A stretch of 64,000 nucleotides of DNA from contig JAGPBS010000001.1 of assembly GCA_018063245.1 (NCBI GenBank), forward strand, positions 8 through 64,007, read 5' to 3'. Origin of the DNA: Alphaproteobacteria bacterium. Lineage in GTDB: Bacteria; Pseudomonadota; Alphaproteobacteria; JAGPBS01. Of the stretch, positions 26,025 through 36,447 are shown in pieces. The position numbers and the translations under genes were made by a program. The number at the start of each line of letters is the position of its first letter. Position 1 is the first letter of the stretch. The notes under the pieces were generated by a model. The model worked only from the letters and a program-made list of their open reading frames with translations, did not search any database and was not told the origin of the DNA.

Positions 26025-27404
26025 ATGACCATGAACTTCTCTATTTTTTCCAAAAAGTCCTTAGGCTATTTTGGACTATTAATGATTGCTCTTTTTGTGG
26101 CACCAGCGACCTCAAAAGCAGAAATGCAAGTTGAAGTGACCAAAGGAATGATGGAAGCAATGCCAATTGCAGTCAGTGATCTTTATGGTGAAAAGAGTGA
26201 AGAAAAGTCCATGGGTGAGCGCATCGCAGGTGTTATTACAGATGACTTGCATGGCTCTGGTCTTTTCAAGCTTATTGATCAAAGTTCATTTTTACAATCT
26301 CCAGCAGATTTACGCAATCAGCCACGTTTTGATGACTGGCGTATGATTCATGCGCAAGCTCTTTTGACAGGTGAAGTGGTTGCTAAAGCCGATCCTGCAG
26401 CTGTTGCGGGGGCCCCAACAACTTATGTTGTTACGTTTAAACTATGGGATATTTTTGCCAATCAACAAATGTCAGCCTTTTCATATGAAATGAGTGAGAA
26501 AGACTGGCGTCGTGTGGCTCATAAAATTGCTGACGTTGTTTATAAAAGATTGATTGGTGAAGAAGGCTACTTTGATACGCGTATCGTTTATGTTGCTGAA
26601 ACACTTTCTGGAAAGACCAAGAAAAAGCGTCTTGCGATTATGGATCAAGATGGGGCCAATAATAAATTTATCACAGATGACCAAAACCTTGTATTAACGC
26701 CTCGCTTTTCGCCAAATTCACTGAAGGTGGCTTATATGGGCTATTATAATAAAAAGCCGCGCGTCTATATTCTCGATTTACAAACTGGCTTTAGAGAAGT
26801 TTTGGGTGATTTTCCGAATATGACTTTCGCCCCGAGATTCTCACCAGATGGACAAGATGTCATTATGAGTCTTTCAAAAAATGGTGAAGCTGAAGTCTAT
26901 GAGATGAATTTGAAAACAAAAAAAATCACGCAGCTGACAAATAGTGTTGGGATTAGTACAAGTCCATCCTATTCACCTGATGGGAAAAGAATTGTGTTTG
27001 AATCAGATAGAGGCGGCACACAGCAGCTCTATGTTGCGAATCGTGATGGGAGTGATCCAAAGCGTATTTCCTTTGGTGAGGGGCGCTATGCGAATCCAGT
27101 TTGGTCTCCGCGTGGTGATTTGATCGCTTTCACAAAGCTTGCTCAGAAGAAATTCCATGTGGGCGTGATCCGACCCGACGGGTCGGGTGAGAGAATATTA
27201 GTGCAGGACTTCCACGTAGAAGGTCCAACTTGGGCACCAAATGGCCGGACTCTTCTCTACTTTAAACAAGAGAGAGAGAAAGAAGGCAGACGGACAATCA
27301 CGAACGGAAGATTATATCAAATTGATCTAACAGGTTATTTTGAGCGTGAAGTGAAAACACCAACAGGTGCGTCTGATCCGGCTTGGTCCACAATATTACC
27401 GTAG
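26025..27404 (+). CDS. tolB: TolB periplasmic beta-propeller protein
   Basis: Signal peptide, then beta-propeller repeats (SP.FSPDG..I.F.S.R.G...LY). 459 aa. Confidence 0.9.
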   Translation: MTMNFSIFSKKSLGYFGLLMIALFVAPATSKAEMQVEVTKGMMEAMPIAVSDLYGEKSEEKSMGERIAGVITDDLHGSGLFKLIDQSSFLQSPADLRNQPRFDDWRMIHAQALLTGEVVAKADPAAVAGAPTTYVVTFKLWDIFANQQMSAFSYEMSEKDWRRVAHKIADVVYKRLIGEEGYFDTRIVYVAETLSGKTKKKRLAIMDQDGANNKFITDDQNLVLTPRFSPNSLKVAYMGYYNKKPRVYILDLQTGFREVLGDFPNMTFAPRFSPDGQDVIMSLSKNGEAEVYEMNLKTKKITQLTNSVGISTSPSYSPDGKRIVFESDRGGTQQLYVANRDGSDPKRISFGEGRYANPVWSPRGDLIAFTKLAQKKFHVGVIRPDGSGERILVQDFHVEGPTWAPNGRTLLYFKQEREKEGRRTITNGRLYQIDLTGYFEREVKTPTGASDPAWSTILP

Positions 27405-27468
27405 GATGTTTTATCATCTGCGGTATCACAGATAAATGATAAAATTCAGTTAGGAATAAGGTTTTAAA

Positions 27469-28260
27469 ATGTTAACGATTCAAAAATGGAGTCAGGCTCT
27501 CATCAAGATGGGTGTCCTGTTCTCAGTTGCACTTCTATCAATGTGTATAGCAGCTTGCGATGAAAAAGAAGATAGGTCAAATGTACTAGTGGTTGCAACC
27601 TCCGCAGATAACCCGCCTTTTGTCTATTTTTCAACAACAGGTCAAAATAAAGAAATTGTTGGTTTTGAGATGGATCTTGTGCAGGAATTAGCAAAGGCCA
27701 TGGGGAAAAAGCTTGAAGTTCAAGATATCGATTTTTCAAGTATCATCCCAGCCATTCAAGCCAAAAGAGCAGATTTGGGTATTGCTGCTTTTTCTGTGAC
27801 AGAAGAGCGTTTGAAGAATGTTGATTTCTCTCATCCTTATTATGAGGTTTCAACCGTTCTGATAACGCCTGAAGAGTCAAACTTTATGGCCCAGTCTGAT
27901 TTTCAGGGTCAAAAGATTGGCGTGTTGCTCGGCTCTTATCAGGAAGCTCAGGCCAAAGAATTGGCAACGCAGAAAGCAGGGCTTACAGTTCAATCAATGA
28001 ATCGCTATCCTGATTTGTTTCAAGAGCTTCAAAATGGTCGTATTCAAGCCATCTTGATTGAAGAGACAACAGGGAATGCTTTTCTGAAGAACTATGCAGG
28101 ACATCATTGGAAATTAGAAAAGGCTGACTTGCCTGGATCTCACTATGCGATTGTTTTGCCAAAAGGTTCTAAACTGGCTGTTCCTCTTAATGAAGCTTTG
28201 GATAAATTAAAAGCAGATGGAACTGTCGCTGCTTTAAAAAAGAAATGGTTTCAGAAGTAA
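27469..28260 (+). CDS. polar amino-acid ABC transporter substrate-binding protein (family 3 SBP)
   Basis: Signal/lipobox LLSMCIAAC and an SBP_bac_3-like sequence. First gene of a 3-gene ABC operon. Confidence 0.8.
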   Translation: MLTIQKWSQALIKMGVLFSVALLSMCIAACDEKEDRSNVLVVATSADNPPFVYFSTTGQNKEIVGFEMDLVQELAKAMGKKLEVQDIDFSSIIPAIQAKRADLGIAAFSVTEERLKNVDFSHPYYEVSTVLITPEESNFMAQSDFQGQKIGVLLGSYQEAQAKELATQKAGLTVQSMNRYPDLFQELQNGRIQAILIEETTGNAFLKNYAGHHWKLEKADLPGSHYAIVLPKGSKLAVPLNEALDKLKADGTVAALKKKWFQK

Positions 28261-28412
28261 GGTCAATGAAAGACTAAATATCATCATTGCAAAAAGGGTC
28301 GCGACAATTTGGGTATATTGTGACAATCTGATTCTATAAGAGTGATTGTCACCTATGCCTCTGTCTTATTCGTCTTTGTGATGATGCATGAAAATGAATT
28401 GAGAAATATAAA

Positions 28413-29072
28413 ATGGTGTTAGATTTTGAACAACTCGTACCGTCCTTACCCTTTTTGTTGGGCGGTGTTCTCGTAACTTTGCAATATGCGGGCCTGTCAA
28501 TTTGTCTTGGTTTTATTGGCGGTACGTTCCTTGCGATCGCAAAGATTTCCTCCTTTATACCCTTTAGAGCCTTTGCGAAAGCCTATGTGTCTCTGTTTAG
28601 GGGAACGCCTTTGCTTGTGCAATTATTGCTTATCTATTTTGGTTTGCCGCATTTGCTCCATATCCAGATCACCCCTTTTGAGGCTGGTATTGCTGCTTTT
28701 TCATTGAATTCAGCTGCTTATGTTTGTGAAATCATCAGGTCTGGGATTCAATCAATTGATAAAGGACAGATGGAAGCAGCTTTGAGTTTGGGTGTGCCTC
28801 GTTCTGTTGCGATGAGGCAAATTATTTTACCCCAAGCGGTGAAAAATATTTTGCCTGCTTTGGTGAATGAGATGGTCAATTTGCTGAAAGAATCGGCGAT
28901 TATATCTGTGATTGGAGAAGCTGATTTATTGAGGCGTGCACAAGTGATTGCAGCAGAAAAATATATCTATTTCGAGCCCTATTTGGCTGTGGCATTGATA
29001 TATTATGTTTTGGTGATGGTCTTAACGCTCTTTGCAAAAATTTTAGAAGACAGGTTGAAACGCAGTGATTAA
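28413..29072 (+). CDS. polar amino-acid ABC transporter permease
   Basis: HisM/GlnP-type permease with EAA-like loop [22 protein letters not shown]. Confidence 0.85.
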   Translation: MVLDFEQLVPSLPFLLGGVLVTLQYAGLSICLGFIGGTFLAIAKISSFIPFRAFAKAYVSLFRGTPLLVQLLLIYFGLPHLLHIQITPFEAGIAAFSLNSAAYVCEIIRSGIQSIDKGQMEAALSLGVPRSVAMRQIILPQAVKNILPALVNEMVNLLKESAIISVIGEADLLRRAQVIAAEKYIYFEPYLAVALIYYVLVMVLTLFAKILEDRLKRSD

Positions 29073-29790
29073 AGTAAAAAACATTCATAAATCTTTTGGT
29101 GCATTACATGTATTAAAGGGTGTATCTATTGACATTCCACAAGGTCAGGTGGTGGCTGTGATTGGCCCATCTGGATCAGGGAAATCAACTTTTTTAAGAT
29201 GCCTCAATTTCCTTGAAAAACCGGATCAAGGAGATGTGCTCATTGACAAGCAGTCTTTGTCAGATACGAAGGATCGTCAGCTGGAGAAAATAAGATCAAA
29301 GACCGGTTTTGTTTTTCAGCATTTTCATCTGTTTCCTCATATGAATTTGAAAGACAATATTACTTATGCGCCATGCAAGGTGATGGGAATGAATCAAAAA
29401 GAAGCAGATGCGACAGCAAAGGAGTTGCTCGCTAAAGTCGGTCTATCAGATAAGGCGAAGGCTTTTCCGAACCATTTATCAGGCGGGCAAAAGCAAAGGG
29501 CTGCAATTGCACGCTCACTTGCCATGAGCCCAACTTTGATGCTTTTTGATGAGCCAACATCGGCCTTAGATCCGGAAATGGTCAAAGAGGTTTTAGATGT
29601 GATTAAAGGACTTGCCCATACGGGTATTACAATGGTGATTGTGACTCATGAAATGGCTTTTGCAAAAGAAGTAGCGGATAGAATTTTATTTATGGATCAT
29701 GGTAAAATTGTTGAAGATGCAGCTCCCAAGGCATTTTTTGATAATCCTCAAACAAAAAGGGCGCAATCATTTTTAGAAAAAATACTCTAA
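29065..29790 (+). CDS. polar amino-acid ABC transporter ATP-binding protein
   Basis: Walker [13 protein letters not shown] signature [15 protein letters not shown], Walker [13 protein letters not shown]. Confidence 0.9.
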   Translation: MIKVKNIHKSFGALHVLKGVSIDIPQGQVVAVIGPSGSGKSTFLRCLNFLEKPDQGDVLIDKQSLSDTKDRQLEKIRSKTGFVFQHFHLFPHMNLKDNITYAPCKVMGMNQKEADATAKELLAKVGLSDKAKAFPNHLSGGQKQRAAIARSLAMSPTLMLFDEPTSALDPEMVKEVLDVIKGLAHTGITMVIVTHEMAFAKEVADRILFMDHGKIVEDAAPKAFFDNPQTKRAQSFLEKIL

Positions 29791-29930
29791 GAGTGCTTTT
29801 TTAAGAAATTCGATATATATTCAATGAAAAAGGTGAATCCTGTAATTAATATTGAAAAATACCTTGAAAAAAACTAGCATGAGAAATAAAAAGAAAATAT
29901 AATTAGCTCAAAAAGCAGGGGAATAATAAG

Positions 29931-30503
29931 ATGTCGAGTGCAACGGTACCAGTTAAAGAATCTCATAAAACAAGTGCTCATTCGCATGAAAATGAGGATA
30001 GGCGTGATTTTTTATACTTAGCAACTGGAGCAATGGCGGCGATTGGGGCTTGTAGTGTTGCGTGGCCATTTATCAATAGCATGAATCCTGCAAAAGACAC
30101 GCTTGCCGTTTCATCTATTGATGTCGATTTGGGCCCCCTTGCTGAAGGGCAATCTATTACTGTTACTTGGCGCGGAAAGCCTTTGTTTCTACGTCATAGA
30201 ACGCCGGCAGAGATAACAGCTGCAAATGATACAGATATCAAAACGCTGCGTGATCCACAAACAGATGCGCAAAGAGCACAGAAGCCAAAATATTTAATTA
30301 TGATTGGGATTTGTACGCACCTTGGTTGTGTGCCTTTAGGTCAAAAACCAACCGATCCAAAAGGTGATTTTGGCGGATGGTTCTGTCCATGCCATGGATC
30401 TCACTATGATACAGCGGGTCGTATTCGTAAAGGACCAGCACCACATAATTTATATTTGCCGCCTTATCAATATACGAGTGATACGATGGTTCGTATTGGA
30501 TAA
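29931..30503 (+). CDS. petA: ubiquinol-cytochrome c reductase Rieske iron-sulfur subunit
   Basis: Rieske boxes CTHLGCV and CPCHGSHYD. Possible Tat-like N-terminus RRDFLYLATGAMAA. Confidence 0.9.
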   Translation: MSSATVPVKESHKTSAHSHENEDRRDFLYLATGAMAAIGACSVAWPFINSMNPAKDTLAVSSIDVDLGPLAEGQSITVTWRGKPLFLRHRTPAEITAANDTDIKTLRDPQTDAQRAQKPKYLIMIGICTHLGCVPLGQKPTDPKGDFGGWFCPCHGSHYDTAGRIRKGPAPHNLYLPPYQYTSDTMVRIG

Positions 30504-30561
30504 TAGGCGCTAGAAGATAAAGAATTTAATAATAAGAAAAATGCAAGAATGAGGTTAATCA

Positions 30562-31842
30562 ATGGCAAGAGCCCGAAATAAATTCAAAAATCCAGTTATA
30601 AAATGGGTTGATGAGCGTTTACCAGTTTTCTCGCTGATGGAGAAAGAATATGGTCAATTCCCAACACCAAAAAATTTCAATTATTTCTGGAATTTTGGTG
30701 CCATTGCCATGGTTGTCCTGATTGTGATGATTCTCACAGGCGTGTTTTTAGCCATGCATTATGCAGCAAGTACTTTACTTGCTTTTGATTCTGTTGAGCG
30801 TATAACACGTGATGTGAATTATGGTTGGCTCATGCGAAACATTCACATGAATGGAGCCTCGATGTTTTTCATTGCTGTCTATGTCCATATGTTCCGTGGG
30901 CTTTATTACGGATCATACAAAGGACCCCGTGAATTGCTTTGGATTTTGGGTGTTGTGATTTTCTTGATGATGATGGCAACTGCATTTATGGGCTATGTTC
31001 TGCCTTGGGGGCAAATGAGTTTCTGGGGCGCAACAGTGATTACAAATCTTTTCTCATCTATACCACTTGTTGGTGATAGCATTGTGACTTGGCTTTGGGG
31101 TGGCTTCTCTGTTGATAATCCAACATTGAATCGATTCTTTTCTTTGCACTATCTTTTCCCATTCTTGATTGTTGCTGTTGTCTTTTTGCATGTTTGGGCT
31201 TTGCATATTACAGGATCGAACAATCCAACGGGGATTGAGCCAAAAACAGAGAAAGATACGATTCCTTTCCACCCTTATTACACAATGAAAGATAGTTTTG
31301 GTCTGTTGCTTTTCCTCATCTTGTGGTCAGCATTTATTTTCTTTATGCCTGACAAATTAGGACACCCTGATAACTATATTCCAGCGAATCCACTCGTGAC
31401 GCCTGCTCATATTGTGCCGGAATGGTATTTCTTGCCTTTCTATGCAATCTTACGTGCGGTCACCATGGATGTGTCTATTTTTGGTATTACTATTATTGAT
31501 GCAAAATTAGGTGGGGTGATTTTAATGTTTGGTTCGATCATTCTATTGTTCTTTTTACCTTGGCTTGATAGATCACCAGTGAAGAGTGCGCGTTTTAGAC
31601 CGCTCTACCGGATCTTCTTCTGGATTTTGGTTGTGGCTTGTGTGACCCTTGGTTATGTTGGTGGTAAACCCCCAGAGGCGCCATATGTTCAAATTGGTCA
31701 GCTTGCAACGGCTTATTATTTCCTACATTTCTTGGTGATATTGCCGCTGCTTGTCAAGTATGAAAAGCCTTTGCCCTTGCCGAACAGTATTCATGAAGCT
31801 GTTTTAAAAAACAAAAAACCATCTGCGGGGGCTTCAGCTTAA
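30562..31842 (+). CDS. petB: cytochrome b
   Basis: Cytochrome b haem-ligand and PEWY region ([16 protein letters not shown]). Confidence 0.95.
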   Translation: MARARNKFKNPVIKWVDERLPVFSLMEKEYGQFPTPKNFNYFWNFGAIAMVVLIVMILTGVFLAMHYAASTLLAFDSVERITRDVNYGWLMRNIHMNGASMFFIAVYVHMFRGLYYGSYKGPRELLWILGVVIFLMMMATAFMGYVLPWGQMSFWGATVITNLFSSIPLVGDSIVTWLWGGFSVDNPTLNRFFSLHYLFPFLIVAVVFLHVWALHITGSNNPTGIEPKTEKDTIPFHPYYTMKDSFGLLLFLILWSAFIFFMPDKLGHPDNYIPANPLVTPAHIVPEWYFLPFYAILRAVTMDVSIFGITIIDAKLGGVILMFGSIILLFFLPWLDRSPVKSARFRPLYRIFFWILVVACVTLGYVGGKPPEAPYVQIGQLATAYYFLHFLVILPLLVKYEKPLPLPNSIHEAVLKNKKPSAGASA

Positions 31843-31857
31843 GCTGAGGAGATTAGA

Positions 31858-32637
31858 ATGAAACAATTGATTTTACCTTTTGCTAAAACACTGACAACAG
31901 CTTTGATGTTAACCTTTGTCTCAAGTGTGTCTTTTGGGTCAACTGAAGGGACTTTAGAGCCTCCAAAACATTATTGGAAACAAGATGGCATTTTTGGCAC
32001 CTATGACCGTGGTGCGCTTCAGCGAGGTTTTCAGGTCTATAAAGAGGTTTGTGCCACTTGCCATTCAATGAATCACGTGCATTACCGTAATTTGACCGAT
32101 TTGGGGTATACAGAAGCACAAGTGAAAGCCATTGCTGCACAGTACCAAGTGACGGATGGCCCAAATGATGAAGGCGAAATGTTTGAGCGCCCTGCAATTC
32201 CTGCCGATAAATTTGTTGCTCCTTTTAAAAATGAGAAGCAAGCCAGAGCTGCAAACAATGGTGCTTTGCCACCAGATTTGTCACTTATGGTGAAAGCCAG
32301 AGAAGGTGGTGCTGACTACCTACATGGTATTTTGGTTGGTTATGCAGAACCACCAGAAGGTGTCACTGTTGCTGATGGTATGCATTATAATGTTTATTTC
32401 CCAGGCCATCAGATTGCAATGCCACAAATGCTTATGGATAATAGCGTGAGTTATGCAGATGGGACGCCAGCAACTTTAGAACAAGAATCAAGTGACGTTG
32501 TCGCTTTTCTTGCTTGGGCATCTGATCCAAACATGGAAGCGCGTAAACAGATGGGAATCAAGACAATTATATTCTTGGCTATTTTTGCTATCATGATGTA
32601 TTTTGTGAAAAAGAAAATCTGGAAAGATGTTGAATAG
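31858..32637 (+). CDS. petC: cytochrome c1
   Basis: Haem-binding CATCHS, C-terminal TM anchor. Confidence 0.9.
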   Translation: MKQLILPFAKTLTTALMLTFVSSVSFGSTEGTLEPPKHYWKQDGIFGTYDRGALQRGFQVYKEVCATCHSMNHVHYRNLTDLGYTEAQVKAIAAQYQVTDGPNDEGEMFERPAIPADKFVAPFKNEKQARAANNGALPPDLSLMVKAREGGADYLHGILVGYAEPPEGVTVADGMHYNVYFPGHQIAMPQMLMDNSVSYADGTPATLEQESSDVVAFLAWASDPNMEARKQMGIKTIIFLAIFAIMMYFVKKKIWKDVE

Positions 32638-32757
32638 ATTTTGAGGATTTGGTCATTCCAAATATCTCGGAGGTCTTGTTCAGTCTTTTGTGTAGATAAA
32701 GGACACTGCGCTTTTCTCTTATAGTGTTTTTATCTGGTATTAGAGAAAGAGTCGTTC

Positions 32758-34068
32758 ATGTCTGTTAGCCAGTTTAGCCTGTTAAAAACAAGAAGGTTTT
32801 TACCTCTTTTTATTGTTCAGTTTTTGACGGCTTTCAATGACAATGCATTTAAGAACGCTTTTTTGATCTGGTTTACGTATGACCTTGTTCAATATTCTAC
32901 AATCAGTGCGCCTGTGATGGTGAATATCGCAGCGGCTCTTTTTATTGTACCATTCTTTTTATTTTCATCTATTGCGGGACAACTGGCGGATCGATTTGAT
33001 AAGGCTATTTTAACGCGCTATTTGAAATACGCAGAAATAATCTTGATGATTTTAGCAGCAGCCTGTTTTTATTTTAAGACGGTGACAGGGCTTTTAATTG
33101 TCTTATTCTTTTTGGGTGTGCAGGCCACTCTTTTTGGTCCAATCAAATATAGTCTTTTACCAGAGCAGCTTAAAGATAACGAGCTTATTGCAGGTAATGC
33201 CTTTATTGAAGGCGGTACTTTTTTAGCGATTCTGTTGGGGACAATCTTTGGCGGCCTTCTGGTGATGGGCAGTTTTGGGCGTGAGGCGATTGCCATTACG
33301 TTGATTTTGTTTGCTACAATTGGTTTGATCACAAGCTATTCAATGCCCCTTGCAAAAAAACGGCAAGTCGTAAAATCGACTCCATTTTCGTGGAATATTG
33401 TCACTGGAACAATGCAGATAATTGCTTATTCTCGTGAGACAAAAACGGTTTTTTATTCGATCATAGGCATTTCATGGTTTTGGCTTGTTGGCATTGTTTT
33501 TTTAAGTCAGTTTCCGATTTATGTGAAAGATGTGTTGCATGCGGATGAAGTGATTGTGACTCTGTTGCTGACCATTTTTTCTTTAGGGATTGGCATTGGT
33601 TCATTGCTTTGTAATCGTTTGCTCGATGGTAAAATTGATGGAAAGATGGTCCCCTATGGCGCGCTTGGGATGACTTTGTTCATCTTTTTGTTTACGCTCG
33701 GGAGTCACTTCTATAAGCATACTTACGTAGAGCAGCCAATCTTGATGCTTTTTGATTTTCTAAGATTTGGCTTTCCGGCCTATCTGATTTTATTGGGTCT
33801 GATTGGCCTTGCGATCTGTGGAGGGATTTATATTGTTCCTCTTTATGCAATCATGCAGCATCGCTCAAATCAGGCTCATATGGCGCGTGTTGTTGGTGCA
33901 AATAATGTTTTCAATGCTCTCTTTATGGTTATAGGAAGCGTTGGAACGGTGGGACTCTATGCACTCAATTTATCAGCTGTTGAAATTTTGTTTCTTGTCG
34001 GTCTGTTCAATGTTGGCGTCTTTTTTGTTGTTCAGCATATTGTAAGGCGGGAGAGAAAGCATGCTTAA
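32758..34068 (+). CDS. lplT: lysophospholipid transporter LplT (MFS)
   Basis: 12-TM MFS protein. Its 3' end overlaps the start of aas, the canonical lplT-aas pair. Confidence 0.8.
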   Translation: MSVSQFSLLKTRRFLPLFIVQFLTAFNDNAFKNAFLIWFTYDLVQYSTISAPVMVNIAAALFIVPFFLFSSIAGQLADRFDKAILTRYLKYAEIILMILAAACFYFKTVTGLLIVLFFLGVQATLFGPIKYSLLPEQLKDNELIAGNAFIEGGTFLAILLGTIFGGLLVMGSFGREAIAITLILFATIGLITSYSMPLAKKRQVVKSTPFSWNIVTGTMQIIAYSRETKTVFYSIIGISWFWLVGIVFLSQFPIYVKDVLHADEVIVTLLLTIFSLGIGIGSLLCNRLLDGKIDGKMVPYGALGMTLFIFLFTLGSHFYKHTYVEQPILMLFDFLRFGFPAYLILLGLIGLAICGGIYIVPLYAIMQHRSNQAHMARVVGANNVFNALFMVIGSVGTVGLYALNLSAVEILFLVGLFNVGVFFVVQHIVRRERKHA

Positions 34069-36196
34069 ATCTGTTTTGAAATTGTTCTTTACTGTTTTTT
34101 TTCGTATCAAAGTGATAGGCATTGAAAATTATGTCAAAGCAGGTAAGCGTGTCTTGGTTGTTGTGAATCACCTATCTTTTATCGACGCGATTGCCATTGC
34201 TTTGTATTTACCTGGCAAGCCCATGTTTGTTGTGAATAGCTTTATTGCGGATCATTGGCTCTTTAAACGCGCTCTTTCTTTTGTGAGATATTTTGCCCTT
34301 GATCCGACCAATCCTATGGCTACCAAAGATGTGATTCATGCGCTGCAGCAAGATGAAATCTGTGTGATTTTTCCAGAGGGTAGAATCACAGTGACGGGAT
34401 CACTCATGAAGATCTATGAAGGACCTGCGATGATTGCTGATAAATCCGGCGCTCAAATATTGCCGATTCGGATTGAAGGAGCGCAATATAGTCCTTTTTC
34501 ACGATTAAAGGGAAAGGTACGCATTCGTCTTTTCCCGAAGATTACGATTCATATTTTACCGCCCCGTGTTTTGAATGTGGAAAAGGATATGATGGGTCGA
34601 GAAAGACGCCATGCTTCAGGCGTGAAACTTTATGATGTGATGAGCGAGATGTATTTTGAGAGCTCTGATTACCAAAAGACACTTTTTCATTCGATCATTG
34701 ACATGATGTCTATTCATGGTCGAGACCATTATATTATGGAAGATATCTTGCGTCATCCTATCACTTACGGTCAATTTGTTGCGCGTAGTTTTATTCTGGG
34801 AAAGGCCTTTGTTCGATTTACTCAGAAAGATGAAATAGTTGGTCTATTGTTACCAAATATGATCAGTTCAGTGATTGCTTTTTTTGGACTTCATGCCTAT
34901 GGACGCGTTCCTTCCATGTTGAATTTCTCAGTAGGTGCCCACAATCTGACCCTGGCGGTTGAAGTCGCAAAAATCAAAACAGTGGTTACATCAAGGCGTT
35001 TTATTGCAACAGGTGAGTTAGAGCCGTTGGTTGAGGCTTTAGAGGCAAAAGGCATTATTATTCAGTATTTAGAAGATCTGCGCGATTCAATTTCTTTATT
35101 GGCGCGGATGACAGGCTTTGTGAAGTCATATGTGCCTCTTTTCTTTTACAAAAAGCAGAGACGTCTTGATTCAAAAGATGCAGCCGTTGTTCTTTTTACC
35201 TCAGGCTCGGAGGGCGTGCCTAAAGGGGTTGTTCTCTCGCACGAGAATATCCAAGCCAATCGCTTTCAGCTCGCATCGCGCGTTGATTTTGGTCCAACGG
35301 ATATTGTTTTTAATGCTTTGCCGATCTTCCATTCATTTGGCCTTACGGGCGGAACTCTTCTGCCGCTTCTTGCGGGCATTAAAACATTTTTTTATCCATC
35401 CCCTTTGCATTATCGAATTATTCCGGAATTGGTTTATGATCGCAATGCAACGATCATGTTTGGGACCGATACATTTTTGTCAGGCTATGCCAAATATGCG
35501 CACCCTTATGATTTTTATTCCATTCGCTATGTTTTTGCCGGCGCTGAAAAGCTGAAGGAGGAGACACGTAAAGTTTGGTCTGAAAAATATGGCGTGCGTA
35601 TTTTTGAAGGCTATGGCGCAACGGAAACGGCACCTGCTTTGTCAACAAATACACCAATGCATAATAAGCCAACAACAGTGGGCCGGCTTTTGCCATCAAT
35701 TGACTATCGGATTGAAAAAGTACCAGGCGTTGAGGCAGGAGGGCGTCTCTTTGTAAAAGGCCCAAATGTGATGAAGGGATATTTATTGCATGATGAGCCT
35801 GGTGTGATTGTGCCGCCGAAAGATGGATGGTATGACACAGGTGATATTGTTGATTTTGATGAAGAGGGATTTATATCCATTAAAGGCAGAGCAAAGCGTT
35901 TTTCAAAAATTGCTGGTGAGATGATTTCACTGACAGCTGTTGAAAAATTTATTGCAGACCTATGGCCCCAATATCAACATGCTGTGGTCGCGGTCCCTGA
36001 TGAGAAAAAGGGTGAGGCTTTGGTTCTTTTGACAAATTATGTTGGCGTGAATCGCGAAGAGATCAGTCTTTTTGCAAAACAAAATGGGATTACAGAGCTT
36101 TCTGTGCCAAGAGTTGTTAAATATCTTGAGAAGATGCCGATTCTGGCGACTGGTAAAGTTGATTATGTCGCCTTGCAGAAATTGGTGTCTCTCTAG
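34061..36196 (+). CDS. aas: bifunctional 2-acylglycerophosphoethanolamine acyltransferase / acyl-ACP synthetase Aas
   Basis: N-terminal PlsC HxxxxD motif VVNHLSFIDAIAI, then an AMP-binding domain (LFTSGSEGVPKGVVLSHENI; GYGATETAP). Confidence 0.85.
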   Translation: MLKSVLKLFFTVFFRIKVIGIENYVKAGKRVLVVVNHLSFIDAIAIALYLPGKPMFVVNSFIADHWLFKRALSFVRYFALDPTNPMATKDVIHALQQDEICVIFPEGRITVTGSLMKIYEGPAMIADKSGAQILPIRIEGAQYSPFSRLKGKVRIRLFPKITIHILPPRVLNVEKDMMGRERRHASGVKLYDVMSEMYFESSDYQKTLFHSIIDMMSIHGRDHYIMEDILRHPITYGQFVARSFILGKAFVRFTQKDEIVGLLLPNMISSVIAFFGLHAYGRVPSMLNFSVGAHNLTLAVEVAKIKTVVTSRRFIATGELEPLVEALEAKGIIIQYLEDLRDSISLLARMTGFVKSYVPLFFYKKQRRLDSKDAAVVLFTSGSEGVPKGVVLSHENIQANRFQLASRVDFGPTDIVFNALPIFHSFGLTGGTLLPLLAGIKTFFYPSPLHYRIIPELVYDRNATIMFGTDTFLSGYAKYAHPYDFYSIRYVFAGAEKLKEETRKVWSEKYGVRIFEGYGATETAPALSTNTPMHNKPTTVGRLLPSIDYRIEKVPGVEAGGRLFVKGPNVMKGYLLHDEPGVIVPPKDGWYDTGDIVDFDEEGFISIKGRAKRFSKIAGEMISLTAVEKFIADLWPQYQHAVVAVPDEKKGEALVLLTNYVGVNREEISLFAKQNGITELSVPRVVKYLEKMPILATGKVDYVALQKLVSL

Positions 36197-36248
36197 GCTT
36201 TTTTGGCTACGGCTTCTGCTTGAAAATGAATGAGAGACGGTTAATATT

Positions 36249-36338
36249 CGTCATTGCGAGCCCTTTAGGGCGTGGCAATCTCATTGTAATTAAGAAAGAA
36301 GATTGCCACGTCAGCCTCCGGCTTCCTCGCAATGACGG
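36249..36338 (+). repeat. type-B palindromic element, copy B2
   Basis: CGTCATTGCGAGCCCTTTAGGGCGTGGCAATCTC...AGATTGCCACGTCAGCCTCCGGCTTCCTCGCAATGACGG. Confidence 0.8.
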
Positions 36339-36447
36339 CTTCTCAATATCTTCTAACGTTTATTATCACTTCCAAGTTTATTCTCTCAAAATTTTTATGT
36401 GCCGTCCTTAAGCATCCTCAAGGCCACCTTATGAAATAATCAAAAAA

